A DNA stretch of 64,000 nt from Chloroflexota bacterium. Its GTDB lineage: Bacteria; Chloroflexota; UBA11872; VXOZ01. Location: positions 198,915 through 262,914 of the forward strand of contig CATQHC010000002.1 in assembly GCA_958295775.1 (NCBI GenBank). Reading direction: 5' to 3'. This document shows positions 19,001-27,858 of the stretch, in pieces (position 1 is the first letter of the stretch; each line of letters opens with the position of its first letter). The position numbers were made by a program, and so were the translations under genes. Under the pieces are notes generated by a model. The model was given only the letters and a program-made list of their open reading frames with translations. It made no database searches and had not been told where the DNA came from.

Positions 19001-22000
19001 GTGAGCGACCATCTGCTGTGAATGAGCGGTGTCAGCGCTCCATCGGCCAACTGTTGCATCACCCTTCTTAGGGCGTCACCCGGGAGAGCTGGGTCGTGTT
19101 CCTTCAACGTGTCTAGTTCCAGGATGGTGTAGGCAACGTCCGGCCTTGCCGCTGCCATTTCTTCCATACTCAGGATGCCTACCCGCGCCAGCTCCACGAA
19201 GCGGCCGCTTTGCGCCAGGCAGGATAGGCTCGCCTCAATGAATCCTTCTCCGGTCAGGCTGTTCAATACAACGTGAACACCCTGGCCTTCAGTGGCGTCG
19301 AGTATTTGCTGCCCAAAAGCCGTCTGGCGGCTGTCGAAGACGTGCTCTACACCGAGTGAGCGAAGGAAGGCCTGTTTTGGAGCGCTTGCCGTGGCGTAAA
19401 CTTCGGCGCCCACAGCCTGGGCTAACTGTATGGCCGCCAGGCCCACGCCGCCTGCGCCTGCGTGAATTAACACCCGGTCACCGGCTTTCAAGTCGGCAAT
19501 GTCGTACGACAATGCGGCGGAAACGAACGCAGTCGGCATCGTGGCAAGTTCCGCCACAGAGTAACCTTCCGGTGCGGGCGCCACCATCTCTTCGACCATA
19601 ATGGCTTCCGGCCCAAACGTCCCAAACGCTAAACCGACCACGCGATCTCCCACCGAAACCGCCGTCACGTCTGTGCCAACCTCTAGGACTCGTCCGCAGA
19701 ACTCTCCACCCAACAAGCCCTCGTCAATGAGTGCAAGCGACCGAAAGACATCCCAGAAATTGAGCCCCGCTGCGTCGACGGCCACGCGGACCTCTCGCGG
19801 TGCCAGCGGCCTGGCCGGAAACGGTCCCACCCCCATGCTCTCGAGGGCGCCGCCTTCATCCGGCTGCAGAAGCCAGTGCGACCCCTCAGGCAGCATTAAC
19901 CGGTTGGTCTCGGCGCCAATTCGCACCAGACGGGCCGCCTGACGGAGTCCTGATCGATACGCAATGTGGTCTTCGTTGTCCGGATAGAGAAGCTCATTAA
20001 CCAATTCGGACAGCGGAGTCTCTTGTTCAGGTTCCAAGTCGAGCATTCTTGGTTGCAGGTCGCCTGCTTCCCGTGCCACCACCTTGCCAAATCCCCACAG
20101 CAAAGCGCCGGAGAGCTGCCCGAGACGCTCCTTTGCCAGCACCTGCCCGCCACGCGTTAAAAACCACGTGCCATTCTCAGGAGTTACGTCGGCGTCGCCC
20201 ATGCCCTGGACCAGCGCGAGGGCGCTTGCCCCGGCACTTCGCACATCCTCGGACAATTCTGCGGCCGCAGCATCGGGGCCATGACCATCCAATGCTGTCA
20301 AATGAACGATGCCGCTGAGCGGTAAGTCTTTAGGCAACGCTGCGAGCAGTTCCTGCCAAGGTTCGCGGCTCTTTGATTCAAGGGAGGCTCGGAAGACGCC
20401 GGAGGTTTCCTGGACGCTTAATGGAGACTTCTCTACGCTGTCATTGACCAGCACCACGGTCTGGTTGCGTGTCGCCAGGGCCGCTGCCAAGTCTTCCGCA
20501 GTGCCGCCGCGGTCTGCTGCCAGCACCCAGGCGCCCGCTGATTCCAGCACTTGCTCCGGGCCCTGTGCCACGATGACGCCCCGGTCCGGCATTCTGGTCG
20601 AGTCGCTCGTATCCACTCCCAAGACTTCTACTTCTTGAAAGCCGGCGTCATACAGCGCTTGGCGCCAGACTGCGGGACTTGCCAGGGCATGGTGTGGCCG
20701 GTATTCGTCAGCAAACCGCCACCATCCGTCTAGCTGCCCAAACGTCAAGTCGAGCCAGCCCTGTCCACGAAGGTTTTCTAGGGCAACGAGTTGTCCGCAT
20801 GGCGCGAGAAGCTCCCGACAATGGCCGAGGGTTTCCTGAAGATACCGGGTGGCATGGAGCACGTTGGACGCAATTACCAAATCATAGCCATGGGCATTGA
20901 ATCCCTGCGCCAACGGGTCTTTTTCAATGTCAAGCACCCTATACTCTATGGACGCCTCAGCGCCGCCAAAGCGCCCCTCCGCTTCCGCAAAGAACCCGGC
21001 AGAGATGTCCGTATAGACGTAGTCGAACCTACCAGCCGGTAGTTCGGGCAATACGGCTGCCGTAGCCGACCCGGTACCGGCGCCGACTTCCAAGACCCGC
21101 AGCCTCCGTTCGCTAGGCACGCTGCGCAGCAGCGCGGCAACAGCGTCGCCCAACATCTTGTTGGCGGCACGCGCTACGGGCGCCTTGCGATACAGGTCCG
21201 CGGCGCTCGGTTCGCCGCTGCTGAAGAGCAGCGTCAGTGGGTCTGCTTCACCGCGCAGCACGTCCGCCAAGGCGCCGGCACTGCGACGAAACAGACCGAT
21301 TTCGTTCGACCCGTGTGCATACTTTGAGTCCATCTGGACCGCAAATGCGTCGGGGTCAGCAGGCACCTCATCGGGCAGAGCGTCCTCGGGCCCGGCAATC
21401 ACGGTAAAGTCGCCGCCATTCTCCTGCAAAACGCCGGCTTTCGCCTGCATCTCCAGCAGACGGCGGAATAGGCGCCGGTGCTCGTCCAATACGTTAAGTT
21501 GCCGCCGCAGGGTCTCCGGTTCAATTATCTCTCCTACTTGCCGCTGCCACCCTAACTGCTCCAGAGTTACGCGAGCGTAGGACCACGACAGGTGTTCCAG
21601 GTCCGTCAGCAAGGCATCGCGGTCATCGGGTGCGACGCCCTCCGCCGACAGATATTGAGAAAACGTGTCGGATCGAGCCGCAATGGCCGCGGGGCGAATG
21701 AGAAAGTCCGCAGACGGCATTCCTGGCGGCAGGGGGCGGTCTCGCCAGATCACCTCATACAGAAGGTCTGCGACTTCCTCTGTTGCCGAGAGCAACGCGG
21801 CGCGCGTAGCCCGCTTTACCGTGTAGCCGTCCAGTCCGCCGATTTGCGTGCCATCCTGCGAGTAGAGGCGCAGGTCGCCAGACAGCACTTCCGGTGTGTC
21901 ACTTGAATTGTCGTCGGACACGGTGTCCCTGGCGCTTTCGCGTAAGCGCGCGTGGCAGATGAGGCGTTCCGGCAATGGCTTTGTCAACCACATCCGCTCC

Positions 22001-25000
22001 CATCCAAAAGGCAGGTATGCCTCTCCGCCTTCAGCGTTGGCCTGTCGCCGGGCAGCCGCCATAACCTGAAAACAGCCGTCAAGCACAATTGGATGCGTTT
22101 CTATGCCGCTGAGGTCTGCGGACTCTTGGAGAGCTATTTCTCCGATTGCTTCCCTCTCGCCCGTCCACAGTGACTGGAGGGTGCGGAACCGCGGGCCAAG
22201 AGTTACATTAACCTCCGCTCTGGCGCGATAGAAGCCCTGTATGTCTTGCACTGCAAGACCTTGCCTCAAACCATCCAAGCTAACGGTCTCACTGGCCTGT
22301 TTCGCGCCGGTAGACACCTGGCACTCCACGTGCAGCGTCCAGCTATCTTCATCCTCGCCTTTGCTGTACACCTCGACCCGGCGCGAGGATCCTACCTCGG
22401 GTGCGCCAAGCACGAGCTGCACCCTACGACTCTCCGGTTGGGAATCCTCTTCCGCATCCTGTTCCGGCAGAATTATTGGGTTGTGCAGTTGGAATTCTTC
22501 CACAACCACCGGTCCACCGACTTCCGTCCACGCCGCTGACACAGCCATAGCCCCGCAGAGTGCCGCCGGCACCACGTGACGGCCGTACACCTGATGATCG
22601 TCCAACCAGGCAGGATCCGCTGCCGAAATCTCCGTCTCGAATGAGACTTCGCCAAGGGGCGACTCATGCCGAGACCCCAATAGCGGGTGGTCTGCGCTCG
22701 ACCGGCGGCGGCTCGGAGCGTCAACCCAATGGCGGCGGCGCTGAAATGGATAGTCGGGCAGCGAGATGCGCCGGCGACTTTCACCGGCGAAAAGTCCTTC
22801 TAGGGAAAGAGACAATCCAGCTTCAAACGCTGTGGCCACAGCGTCTACAAAGCTGCTCTCGGGCTCTGTTGTCGTACTATCTCTGGGCGGCCGCCGGAGG
22901 CTGGCCACCACCAGCGGGGTGTTGTCTGTCCGACCATTCGATGGTTCCGGCCAGGCCAAGGTCGCCATCGGTCCCAGCACGGCGTGGGGACCAATTTCCA
23001 CTACAACGTCAACGCCCAATTCGGCAAGAGTCTTGATGCCTTGGTTAAATGCCACCGGCTGCCGCATGTGACGGCGCCAGTAGTCCCCATCAAGATTTTT
23101 ACCCGATCCTATAACTTGACCCGTGACATTGCTCACCAATTCGATTGAGGGAGCTGAAATGCCAACGTCTTTCAACGCAGACGCAACATCCTGTAGAGCA
23201 GGTTCAATGAGGGCACTGTGGAAGGCCTGGCTCGTATTCAAGCGCCGGACGCGCACATCCTGTGACTCAAAGCGCCCCATGATCGCCTCGACACCGGGTA
23301 CGGGACCGCTTACTACTTGGTGGGCGCCGTTAAAGGCCGCAATGCTGACGTCGAGATCGTTGGACGAAGCATTCACCGCACGTATCGCTGCCATTACATC
23401 TGGCTCCGGAGCAAAAATGGCAGCCATTGCGCCCGCACCGGACAGCGCATCAAGCGATGCACCGCGCCGTGTCACAAAACGCATGCCAGCTTGCAGCGAA
23501 AAAACGCCGGCTGCCTGCGCTGCCGCAAACTCGCCAAGGCTATGTCCTACCACCATGCTGGGCCGAATCCCAACGCTCGCCCACATTGCCGTCAAGGCAC
23601 ATTCCAATGCATAGATTGCGGGTTGCGCCCAGGCGGTAGCGTTCAAGTTGCCTGTCGCTTCCGGCCGTCCAAACATCACATCCAGCAGTGAATCCCCGCG
23701 CTCCTGCTGAAATACCGCTTCGCACTGATCCAATACAGCCCGGAAGACCGGTTCGTCTTTATACAGCGTTGCTCCCATACCGACCCACTGGCTGCCTTGT
23801 CCGGTGAAGGCAAATGCCACCTTACGTGAAGCGGTCGTCTCCGACGCTGCAGGAGCTTCCAAGAGCTCTTGCAATTGTTCACGCAGCGAGGCGGCGTCCT
23901 GAAACCTTAGAGCGGCACGATGGGGAAAGTGGCTGCGGCCGACACTCGCAGTCCAGGCCATGTTTGAGAGCAACGTGCTCGCAGCAGGATCCTCGTCTGC
24001 AAGCTCATCGCCATGCGCGTCGAGCCAGGCGAGGTAGCGGCCTGCCGCTTCCTTGAGCGCTTGGTCGCTCTTGCCCGATAGCGGCAGCAGGCGCGTGGGG
24101 CGCGAGGAGGGGCCTTCCGCCCGTGCCGGTTCGGGAACATCATCCGGTAGCGAGACCGCAATCGGGTACAGAGCGCCGGTTGGCCAAGACGGTGCTTTCC
24201 CTGCACCGGATGCGCTGTCCGACGCTTCGTGGCCTTCCACAATTACGTGCGCGTTTGTGCCCGACCAGCCGAAGCCACTGACACCGGCCAGTGGGAGGCG
24301 ATCCGGCTGGCGCGGCCACTCCATTGTCTCCGACGTTACCTGCAGCGGCAGTCGGTCCCAATCGATTTCAGGATTAGGGGTGCGGTAGTTGCGGTGTTTT
24401 GGAATCACCCCCTGATGCATAGCCAGGACAACCTTGATTACCCCGGCGACTCCCGCGGCGGACTCAAGGTGGCCGAGATTCGTCTTGACCGATCCGATGA
24501 GTAATGGGCGTTCCGGTTCGCGGTCTTGGCTATAGGCGGTCCCTGTAGCCTGCGCCTCAATCGGGTCGCCCACCGGCGTGCCCGTACCGTGCGCCTCCAC
24601 GTAGTCTACTTGGGAAGGCAGGACGCCAGCGCGACTCAGGGCGTCCGCGATTACCTGTTCCTGCGCCGCTCCATTCGGCACGGTCAGTCCCGGGCTCGCC
24701 CCGTCCTGGTTAATGGCCGATCCTCTTATCACGCCCCAGATGCGGTCGCCGTCGGCTTTCGCCTCGCTCAGGCGCTTTAGGACAATTATTCCGCAGCCTT
24801 CACCCCGCACATACCCATTGGCGGCGGCGTCAAACGTCTTGCATTGCCCATCCGGCGCCAACATACCGGCATTGCCGCGCAGCTCCAGGAGGCGCCCGGA
24901 GAGAATAGTATGGACTCCCCCCGCAAGTGCTAGGTCCGCCTCTCGCCTCTGCAATCCAACTATTGCTTGATGAATTGCTACCAACGATGATGAACAGGCA

Positions 25001-25608
25001 GTGTCCAACGCGATCGCCGGTCCTTGAAAACCCAGCGCAAAACACACGCGACCGATGGCGGTGTTAAAGGAGGTGCCGCTTACCGAATACAGGCTGGTTG
25101 CAGGCTCGGCTGTATCGCCGGACCCGAGAACCAAATCGCGGTATTCCATGTTGCTGATGCCTGCGTAGACGCCGGTGGGGCTGCCTCTGAGACGTTCCGG
25201 ATCAATGCCGACATCTTCAAGAGCCCGCCAACTCGTCTCCAGCATGAGCCGCTGCTGCGGGTCCAGCAGTTGCGCTTCAACCGGGGAGATTCGGAAGAAC
25301 CCGGCGTCGAACTGGTCGATCTCGTCCAGATACGCGCCAAATAGGCAGGCTTCGTTTTGGACTTCAGCATCCGGGAACAACTGACCGATACGGCCGATGC
25401 CGGAACCGGGCTCACCCTGAATGACGGCCGTCTTTCCCGCTTCCAAGAGACGCCAGAAGTCCAAGAGGGTCGGAGACTGGGGAAAGCGGCACGCCATACC
25501 GACAATTGCTATCGGCTCCTCGAGCTGGCGAGGATGGGGCGGGGACGTTTCCGCTTTGGCACTCGTATCCACGGAGTTGTTACTTTGCATAGCTGACTTC
25601 ATTGTCAA
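15862..25608 (-). CDS. Type I polyketide synthase, highly reducing with C-methyltransferase: KS-AT-DH-cMT-ER-KR-ACP plus KS2 (3' end frameshifted)
   Basis: Approximate domain coordinates (nt, minus strand) with diagnostic motifs: KS1 24235-25512 (DTACSSS, HGTGT, GHLE); AT1 22963-23820 (GQGSQW, GHSLGE, QAFHS, suggesting malonyl specificity); DH 21814-22692 (HPLLGSRHESP); cMT 20689-21291 (LEVGAGTGSAT); ER 18934-19896 (LIHAGAGGVGLAAIQ); KR 18349-18900 ([15 protein letters not shown]); ACP 17839-18066 (LGMDSLMAV); KS2 16504-17766 (DLACASS, HGPGT, GHLE). The reading frame is lost after residue ~3180 (nt ~16069). Confidence 0.85.
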   Translation of the reverse strand: MTMKSAMQSNNSVDTSAKAETSPPHPRQLEEPIAIVGMACRFPQSPTLLDFWRLLEAGKTAVIQGEPGSGIGRIGQLFPDAEVQNEACLFGAYLDEIDQFDAGFFRISPVEAQLLDPQQRLMLETSWRALEDVGIDPERLRGSPTGVYAGISNMEYRDLVLGSGDTAEPATSLYSVSGTSFNTAIGRVCFALGFQGPAIALDTACSSSLVAIHQAIVGLQRREADLALAGGVHTILSGRLLELRGNAGMLAPDGQCKTFDAAANGYVRGEGCGIIVLKRLSEAKADGDRIWGVIRGSAINQDGASPGLTVPNGAAQEQVIADALSRAGVLPSQVDYVEAHGTGTPVGDPIEAQATGTAYSQDREPERPLLIGSVKTNLGHLESAAGVAGVIKVVLAMHQGVIPKHRNYRTPNPEIDWDRLPLQVTSETMEWPRQPDRLPLAGVSGFGWSGTNAHVIVEGHEASDSASGAGKAPSWPTGALYPIAVSLPDDVPEPARAEGPSSRPTRLLPLSGKSDQALKEAAGRYLAWLDAHGDELADEDPAASTLLSNMAWTASVGRSHFPHRAALRFQDAASLREQLQELLEAPAASETTASRKVAFAFTGQGSQWVGMGATLYKDEPVFRAVLDQCEAVFQQERGDSLLDVMFGRPEATGNLNATAWAQPAIYALECALTAMWASVGIRPSMVVGHSLGEFAAAQAAGVFSLQAGMRFVTRRGASLDALSGAGAMAAIFAPEPDVMAAIRAVNASSNDLDVSIAAFNGAHQVVSGPVPGVEAIMGRFESQDVRVRRLNTSQAFHSALIEPALQDVASALKDVGISAPSIELVSNVTGQVIGSGKNLDGDYWRRHMRQPVAFNQGIKTLAELGVDVVVEIGPHAVLGPMATLAWPEPSNGRTDNTPLVVASLRRPPRDSTTTEPESSFVDAVATAFEAGLSLSLEGLFAGESRRRISLPDYPFQRRRHWVDAPSRRRSSADHPLLGSRHESPLGEVSFETEISAADPAWLDDHQVYGRHVVPAALCGAMAVSAAWTEVGGPVVVEEFQLHNPIILPEQDAEEDSQPESRRVQLVLGAPEVGSSRRVEVYSKGEDEDSWTLHVECQVSTGAKQASETVSLDGLRQGLAVQDIQGFYRARAEVNVTLGPRFRTLQSLWTGEREAIGEIALQESADLSGIETHPIVLDGCFQVMAAARRQANAEGGEAYLPFGWERMWLTKPLPERLICHARLRESARDTVSDDNSSDTPEVLSGDLRLYSQDGTQIGGLDGYTVKRATRAALLSATEEVADLLYEVIWRDRPLPPGMPSADFLIRPAAIAARSDTFSQYLSAEGVAPDDRDALLTDLEHLSWSYARVTLEQLGWQRQVGEIIEPETLRRQLNVLDEHRRLFRRLLEMQAKAGVLQENGGDFTVIAGPEDALPDEVPADPDAFAVQMDSKYAHGSNEIGLFRRSAGALADVLRGEADPLTLLFSSGEPSAADLYRKAPVARAANKMLGDAVAALLRSVPSERRLRVLEVGAGTGSATAAVLPELPAGRFDYVYTDISAGFFAEAEGRFGGAEASIEYRVLDIEKDPLAQGFNAHGYDLVIASNVLHATRYLQETLGHCRELLAPCGQLVALENLRGQGWLDLTFGQLDGWWRFADEYRPHHALASPAVWRQALYDAGFQEVEVLGVDTSDSTRMPDRGVIVAQGPEQVLESAGAWVLAADRGGTAEDLAAALATRNQTVVLVNDSVEKSPLSVQETSGVFRASLESKSREPWQELLAALPKDLPLSGIVHLTALDGHGPDAAAAELSEDVRSAGASALALVQGMGDADVTPENGTWFLTRGGQVLAKERLGQLSGALLWGFGKVVAREAGDLQPRMLDLEPEQETPLSELVNELLYPDNEDHIAYRSGLRQAARLVRIGAETNRLMLPEGSHWLLQPDEGGALESMGVGPFPARPLAPREVRVAVDAAGLNFWDVFRSLALIDEGLLGGEFCGRVLEVGTDVTAVSVGDRVVGLAFGTFGPEAIMVEEMVAPAPEGYSVAELATMPTAFVSAALSYDIADLKAGDRVLIHAGAGGVGLAAIQLAQAVGAEVYATASAPKQAFLRSLGVEHVFDSRQTAFGQQILDATEGQGVHVVLNSLTGEGFIEASLSCLAQSGRFVELARVGILSMEEMAAARPDVAYTILELDTLKEHDPALPGDALRRVMQQLADGALTPLIHSRWSLTEAGPAMDFMRAARHIGKIVLTISPIETGQLRDDRTYLITGGLGGIGCALAGWLAERGAGAIVLNGRRDPDPEAVAAIDALQRRGVEIRVELADVTDAAAVDAMLARIDVSLPPLAGIIHSVGVLSDAALTNQTWEGFEDVLWPKVLGAWHLHRATLDRDLDLFVLFSSVTGVLGNAGQANHGAANAFLDQLAGHRRALGLAGQSIAWGAWAGLGEAEEQRDRISRQLEAAGTGWMTPQQGLRSLESLMRQDVTAGMVAAVDWQVFAQNHEDKPLLLEDLLSAAADGEEQQSELPQDLMPRLHAAALAEREQILVSFLQQEIQSVMRLPTEPAPTVDFSDLGMDSLMAVELRNRINRGFAGEYVASNTVVFDYPSIAGLARHLAAELGAVEELPTPPASIAPDPPPQVQTDQDGIAVVGMACRFPGADDIHAFWKILDAGMNKVTDGRQDAGSWTGVAGDPDAEDAASRRGAFIDEIDYFDSRFFRIAPIEARTMDPQQRLLLETSWHALEDAGIDPDRLKGSRSGVYAGIGSSEYRRLISANGGGDDFFGTSGGVAVGRIAYSLGLEGPAVPLDLACASSLVAVHQAAASLQRGEVDLALAGGVQAVLAPSVMRFLEDVGMLSPTGQCWSFDAAADGYVRGEGCGMVVLKRLSDAEADGDRIWGVIRGSAVNQNGAGLGLTQPNGPAQERVMEEALAQAGFAPADVDYVEAHGPGTPLGDAIELNAVSSVYGKSRTPERPLFIGSVKTNIGHLESAGGAASVIKTLLAMNRRVIPRHINFQTPNPDIDWERMPVQVTTAATDWPHTTDRPPLAGVNAFGISGANAHLLLEGYGAHDEPSDGNPNQEWPAGVSREVEVSLPDAVSAGPVAAITPRTTRLLPLAGKTDRALRQLAESYLAWLTQHNVASGLPDLAAEATLSDIAWTAGVGRSHFAHRKGLVFQDARDLQLQLAALAASDEKPEDFDPPSATKVAFVFSGADCRRLSLESPCMSRSPLRAPSLTVAMRFTRKSTAHLCWTPCLERVERRESRQTPLCCNRRSMRWHVR

Positions 25609-26038
25609 CCTTTCTCAATTGGGGGCCACGTACCGGCTAGAGCGCACCCTTGCGCCGGAGGCCGGTCTCTTACGGCTAGCAATTAGCAGAATTCGCCCTA
25701 GCTCAAAAGGCGCGGGTTCATAGAAATCCATCATACACCGATTGGTAGACCTGAGCGCAGTAAGGGAGGGAGCGAGGCGGCGGACGATAACTCTCGAATG
25801 CAACTGCATTTCGTTTGTCAGCCAATATAGGCGCGGCAGCAATGACGCGGTCGTAGCTGGTGCGGCGAGTCTGCGGCCACATCTGTGCGGCCAATTCTCA
25901 ATGCAATAGTTCCTGTGGCCCACTAGGCCGGAGGCTGAAAATCGGCTAGCTTTACTTTTACACATGGTGCGCGATATTACTGGTGAGGCGTTTCCTGCGG
26001 CGAAATGCCAGAGCATGGGTTTACCAAGAGACGATTCA

Positions 26039-26071
26039 CAAGAGCCGGTCCCAATTGGGAACCGGCTCTTG
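26039..26071 (-). terminator. GC-rich hairpin (11-bp stem, palindromic loop) between the SBP gene and the PKS promoter region
   Basis: caagagccggt-cccaattggga-accggctcttg; lies 40 nt downstream of the SBP stop on the same strand. Confidence 0.4.
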
Positions 26072-26109
26072 CGTCACAGTCTTAGTTCGCCAGGAACGTG
26101 AAACAGAGT

Positions 26110-27507
26110 TTACTCGTTGTAGAACTCCTGGATGGCCGGCTCTTGGAGCACGACGTCCCAACGCGCGGCGACGTTATCGAGCGCGTCGCGGGCGTCGAGT
26201 TCACCGGCGCCGGCTTTTGCCAACTCTTCCAGGATGATGGGACGCATCCTGTCCCAGCCCGGAATTGGCTGTCTGCCCAAGCCTACGCTTTGCAGATTGT
26301 TCAGCAGACCGGACAAGAAAGCGTTTTCCTGCACATAGGGAGCCTTGGCAGCGACCGACACACGCGGCGGCAAGAAGAACGTCAACTCGTCGTAGGCAAT
26401 GAGCACGTCGTCCTCATGCACCGTGAGCAGCAGGTCCCACGTCACATCCGGGTCCTTGGTGGCAGCGCCCATGCCCAGCCAGTCGTTGAATGAAAGGCTG
26501 ACTGCGCGCTGGTCACCCATGGGCTCAGGCGCAACGTAGATTTCATCTACGTTTTCCGGTGCATCCGTTGCAACGCGGCGGCCAATCGCGGCGTTGCCCC
26601 AAATCATGGAAACATAACCGCCGGCAAAGCCCGCACCGTAGCCACTGAATTCCGGCCCAACGTACGATGAACCGTGAGGATTGAAGCCCCGCTTGCGGCG
26701 CAATTGAAATTCCAGTCCCGCGATAGCTTCAGGGCTATTGACGAAGCCGGATGCCTTACCATTTGTGACCCATTGCACGCCATTCGATTCGACAATGCCG
26801 TTCAATTCGGCTTCCTCGGGATCACGACCGAGATTGCCCGGGCTGAACCCATAGCGCTCGACTTCTTTACCCAGTACCTTCCACTTCGTCATGGTGGTGG
26901 CAAAATCGGCTTGGTCATCCATGGTCCACGCGGTTGGCGGCGTCAAACCGGCCTCGGACATGTGGTCATCGCGGAGCCAGTACGAGCGATTGGCCGCCAT
27001 CATCGGCATGCCCTGCAACTGGCCCTTTACACGCACCGTATCGAGCGTACTGGGCAGGAAGTCCGGCTCCATGCCCCACGTGGCAAAGTAAGGATTTAAT
27101 GGTATTGACAGTCCCGCCATGTAGATGGAAGGCGCGATGGCTTGTCCCATCTTGAAGAGGTCGGGCATCTGGCCGGCGGCCAGGCCAACTGATAGTTCCA
27201 CAAAGGTGTGCGCCTGCCCGCCCGTACGCGGTGTAAAGACTACCTCACCGTTGGGGTACTTCTCCTGAAAGCGCTCGTTCAGAATGCCTTCCGCCCACGG
27301 CTGCCAGCCGCCGCCATCCTGCACGCTGAGCTTAACTTCCTGTGTCTTAGGACCGGATTCTGTTGCTGGCTCTGCGGCCTTGGGTTGGTCGCCGTCCATC
27401 TCCGTGGACTGGGTTTGCACCTGTCCACATGCTGCCAGCAAGCCCAGTGCTCCAACCGTTACGCCGGAAGCTAGCAGCCCACGGCGAGTCATATGCAAAG
27501 CGCTCAT
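26110..27507 (-). CDS. ABC transporter substrate-binding lipoprotein (family 1, sugar-type); no cognate permeases adjacent
   Basis: Tat/Sec-like signal with lipobox (RRGLLASGVTVGALGLLAACGQ); SBP_bac_1-like length and composition. Confidence 0.65.
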   Translation of the reverse strand: MSALHMTRRGLLASGVTVGALGLLAACGQVQTQSTEMDGDQPKAAEPATESGPKTQEVKLSVQDGGGWQPWAEGILNERFQEKYPNGEVVFTPRTGGQAHTFVELSVGLAAGQMPDLFKMGQAIAPSIYMAGLSIPLNPYFATWGMEPDFLPSTLDTVRVKGQLQGMPMMAANRSYWLRDDHMSEAGLTPPTAWTMDDQADFATTMTKWKVLGKEVERYGFSPGNLGRDPEEAELNGIVESNGVQWVTNGKASGFVNSPEAIAGLEFQLRRKRGFNPHGSSYVGPEFSGYGAGFAGGYVSMIWGNAAIGRRVATDAPENVDEIYVAPEPMGDQRAVSLSFNDWLGMGAATKDPDVTWDLLLTVHEDDVLIAYDELTFFLPPRVSVAAKAPYVQENAFLSGLLNNLQSVGLGRQPIPGWDRMRPIILEELAKAGAGELDARDALDNVAARWDVVLQEPAIQEFYNE

Positions 27508-27858
27508 CTCTTGCTCCTCTGCTACAAATCGCTACAGCGCTCAATCAACGACCGAACTGTGGTGGTTTTCCTATGTACACCCACACAGCTTTGACTAGAC
27601 CATATACAACCAATTGGCGCCAGTCAAGTAGATCGAACTGGAAGCCTCACATGACAAGGGTCTGCGGCAAGACATTGGAAATTCTTGGTTTGTCCCAAGC
27701 GTGTGATTTGCCGCTTTAACCGGCCCATTCTCTGCACGGAGAGGCATAGAATCCCATTTCAAAGAACCCTCATTCTCGTTTGCCTCAGCACAACTGCCCT
27801 GCTACACTCATGCCATCATTCACCAGCCGAGGAAGTGTTGCACGAGGAGATTGCGGGT

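Noticed and set aside
17656-25505. Numerous 60-175-aa ORFs on both strands inside the PKS gene (e.g. 18544-19071, 21158-21580, 23123-23614)
   Set aside because: Antisense or alternate-frame ORFs typical of GC-rich coding DNA; the long PKS frame carries complete domain signatures
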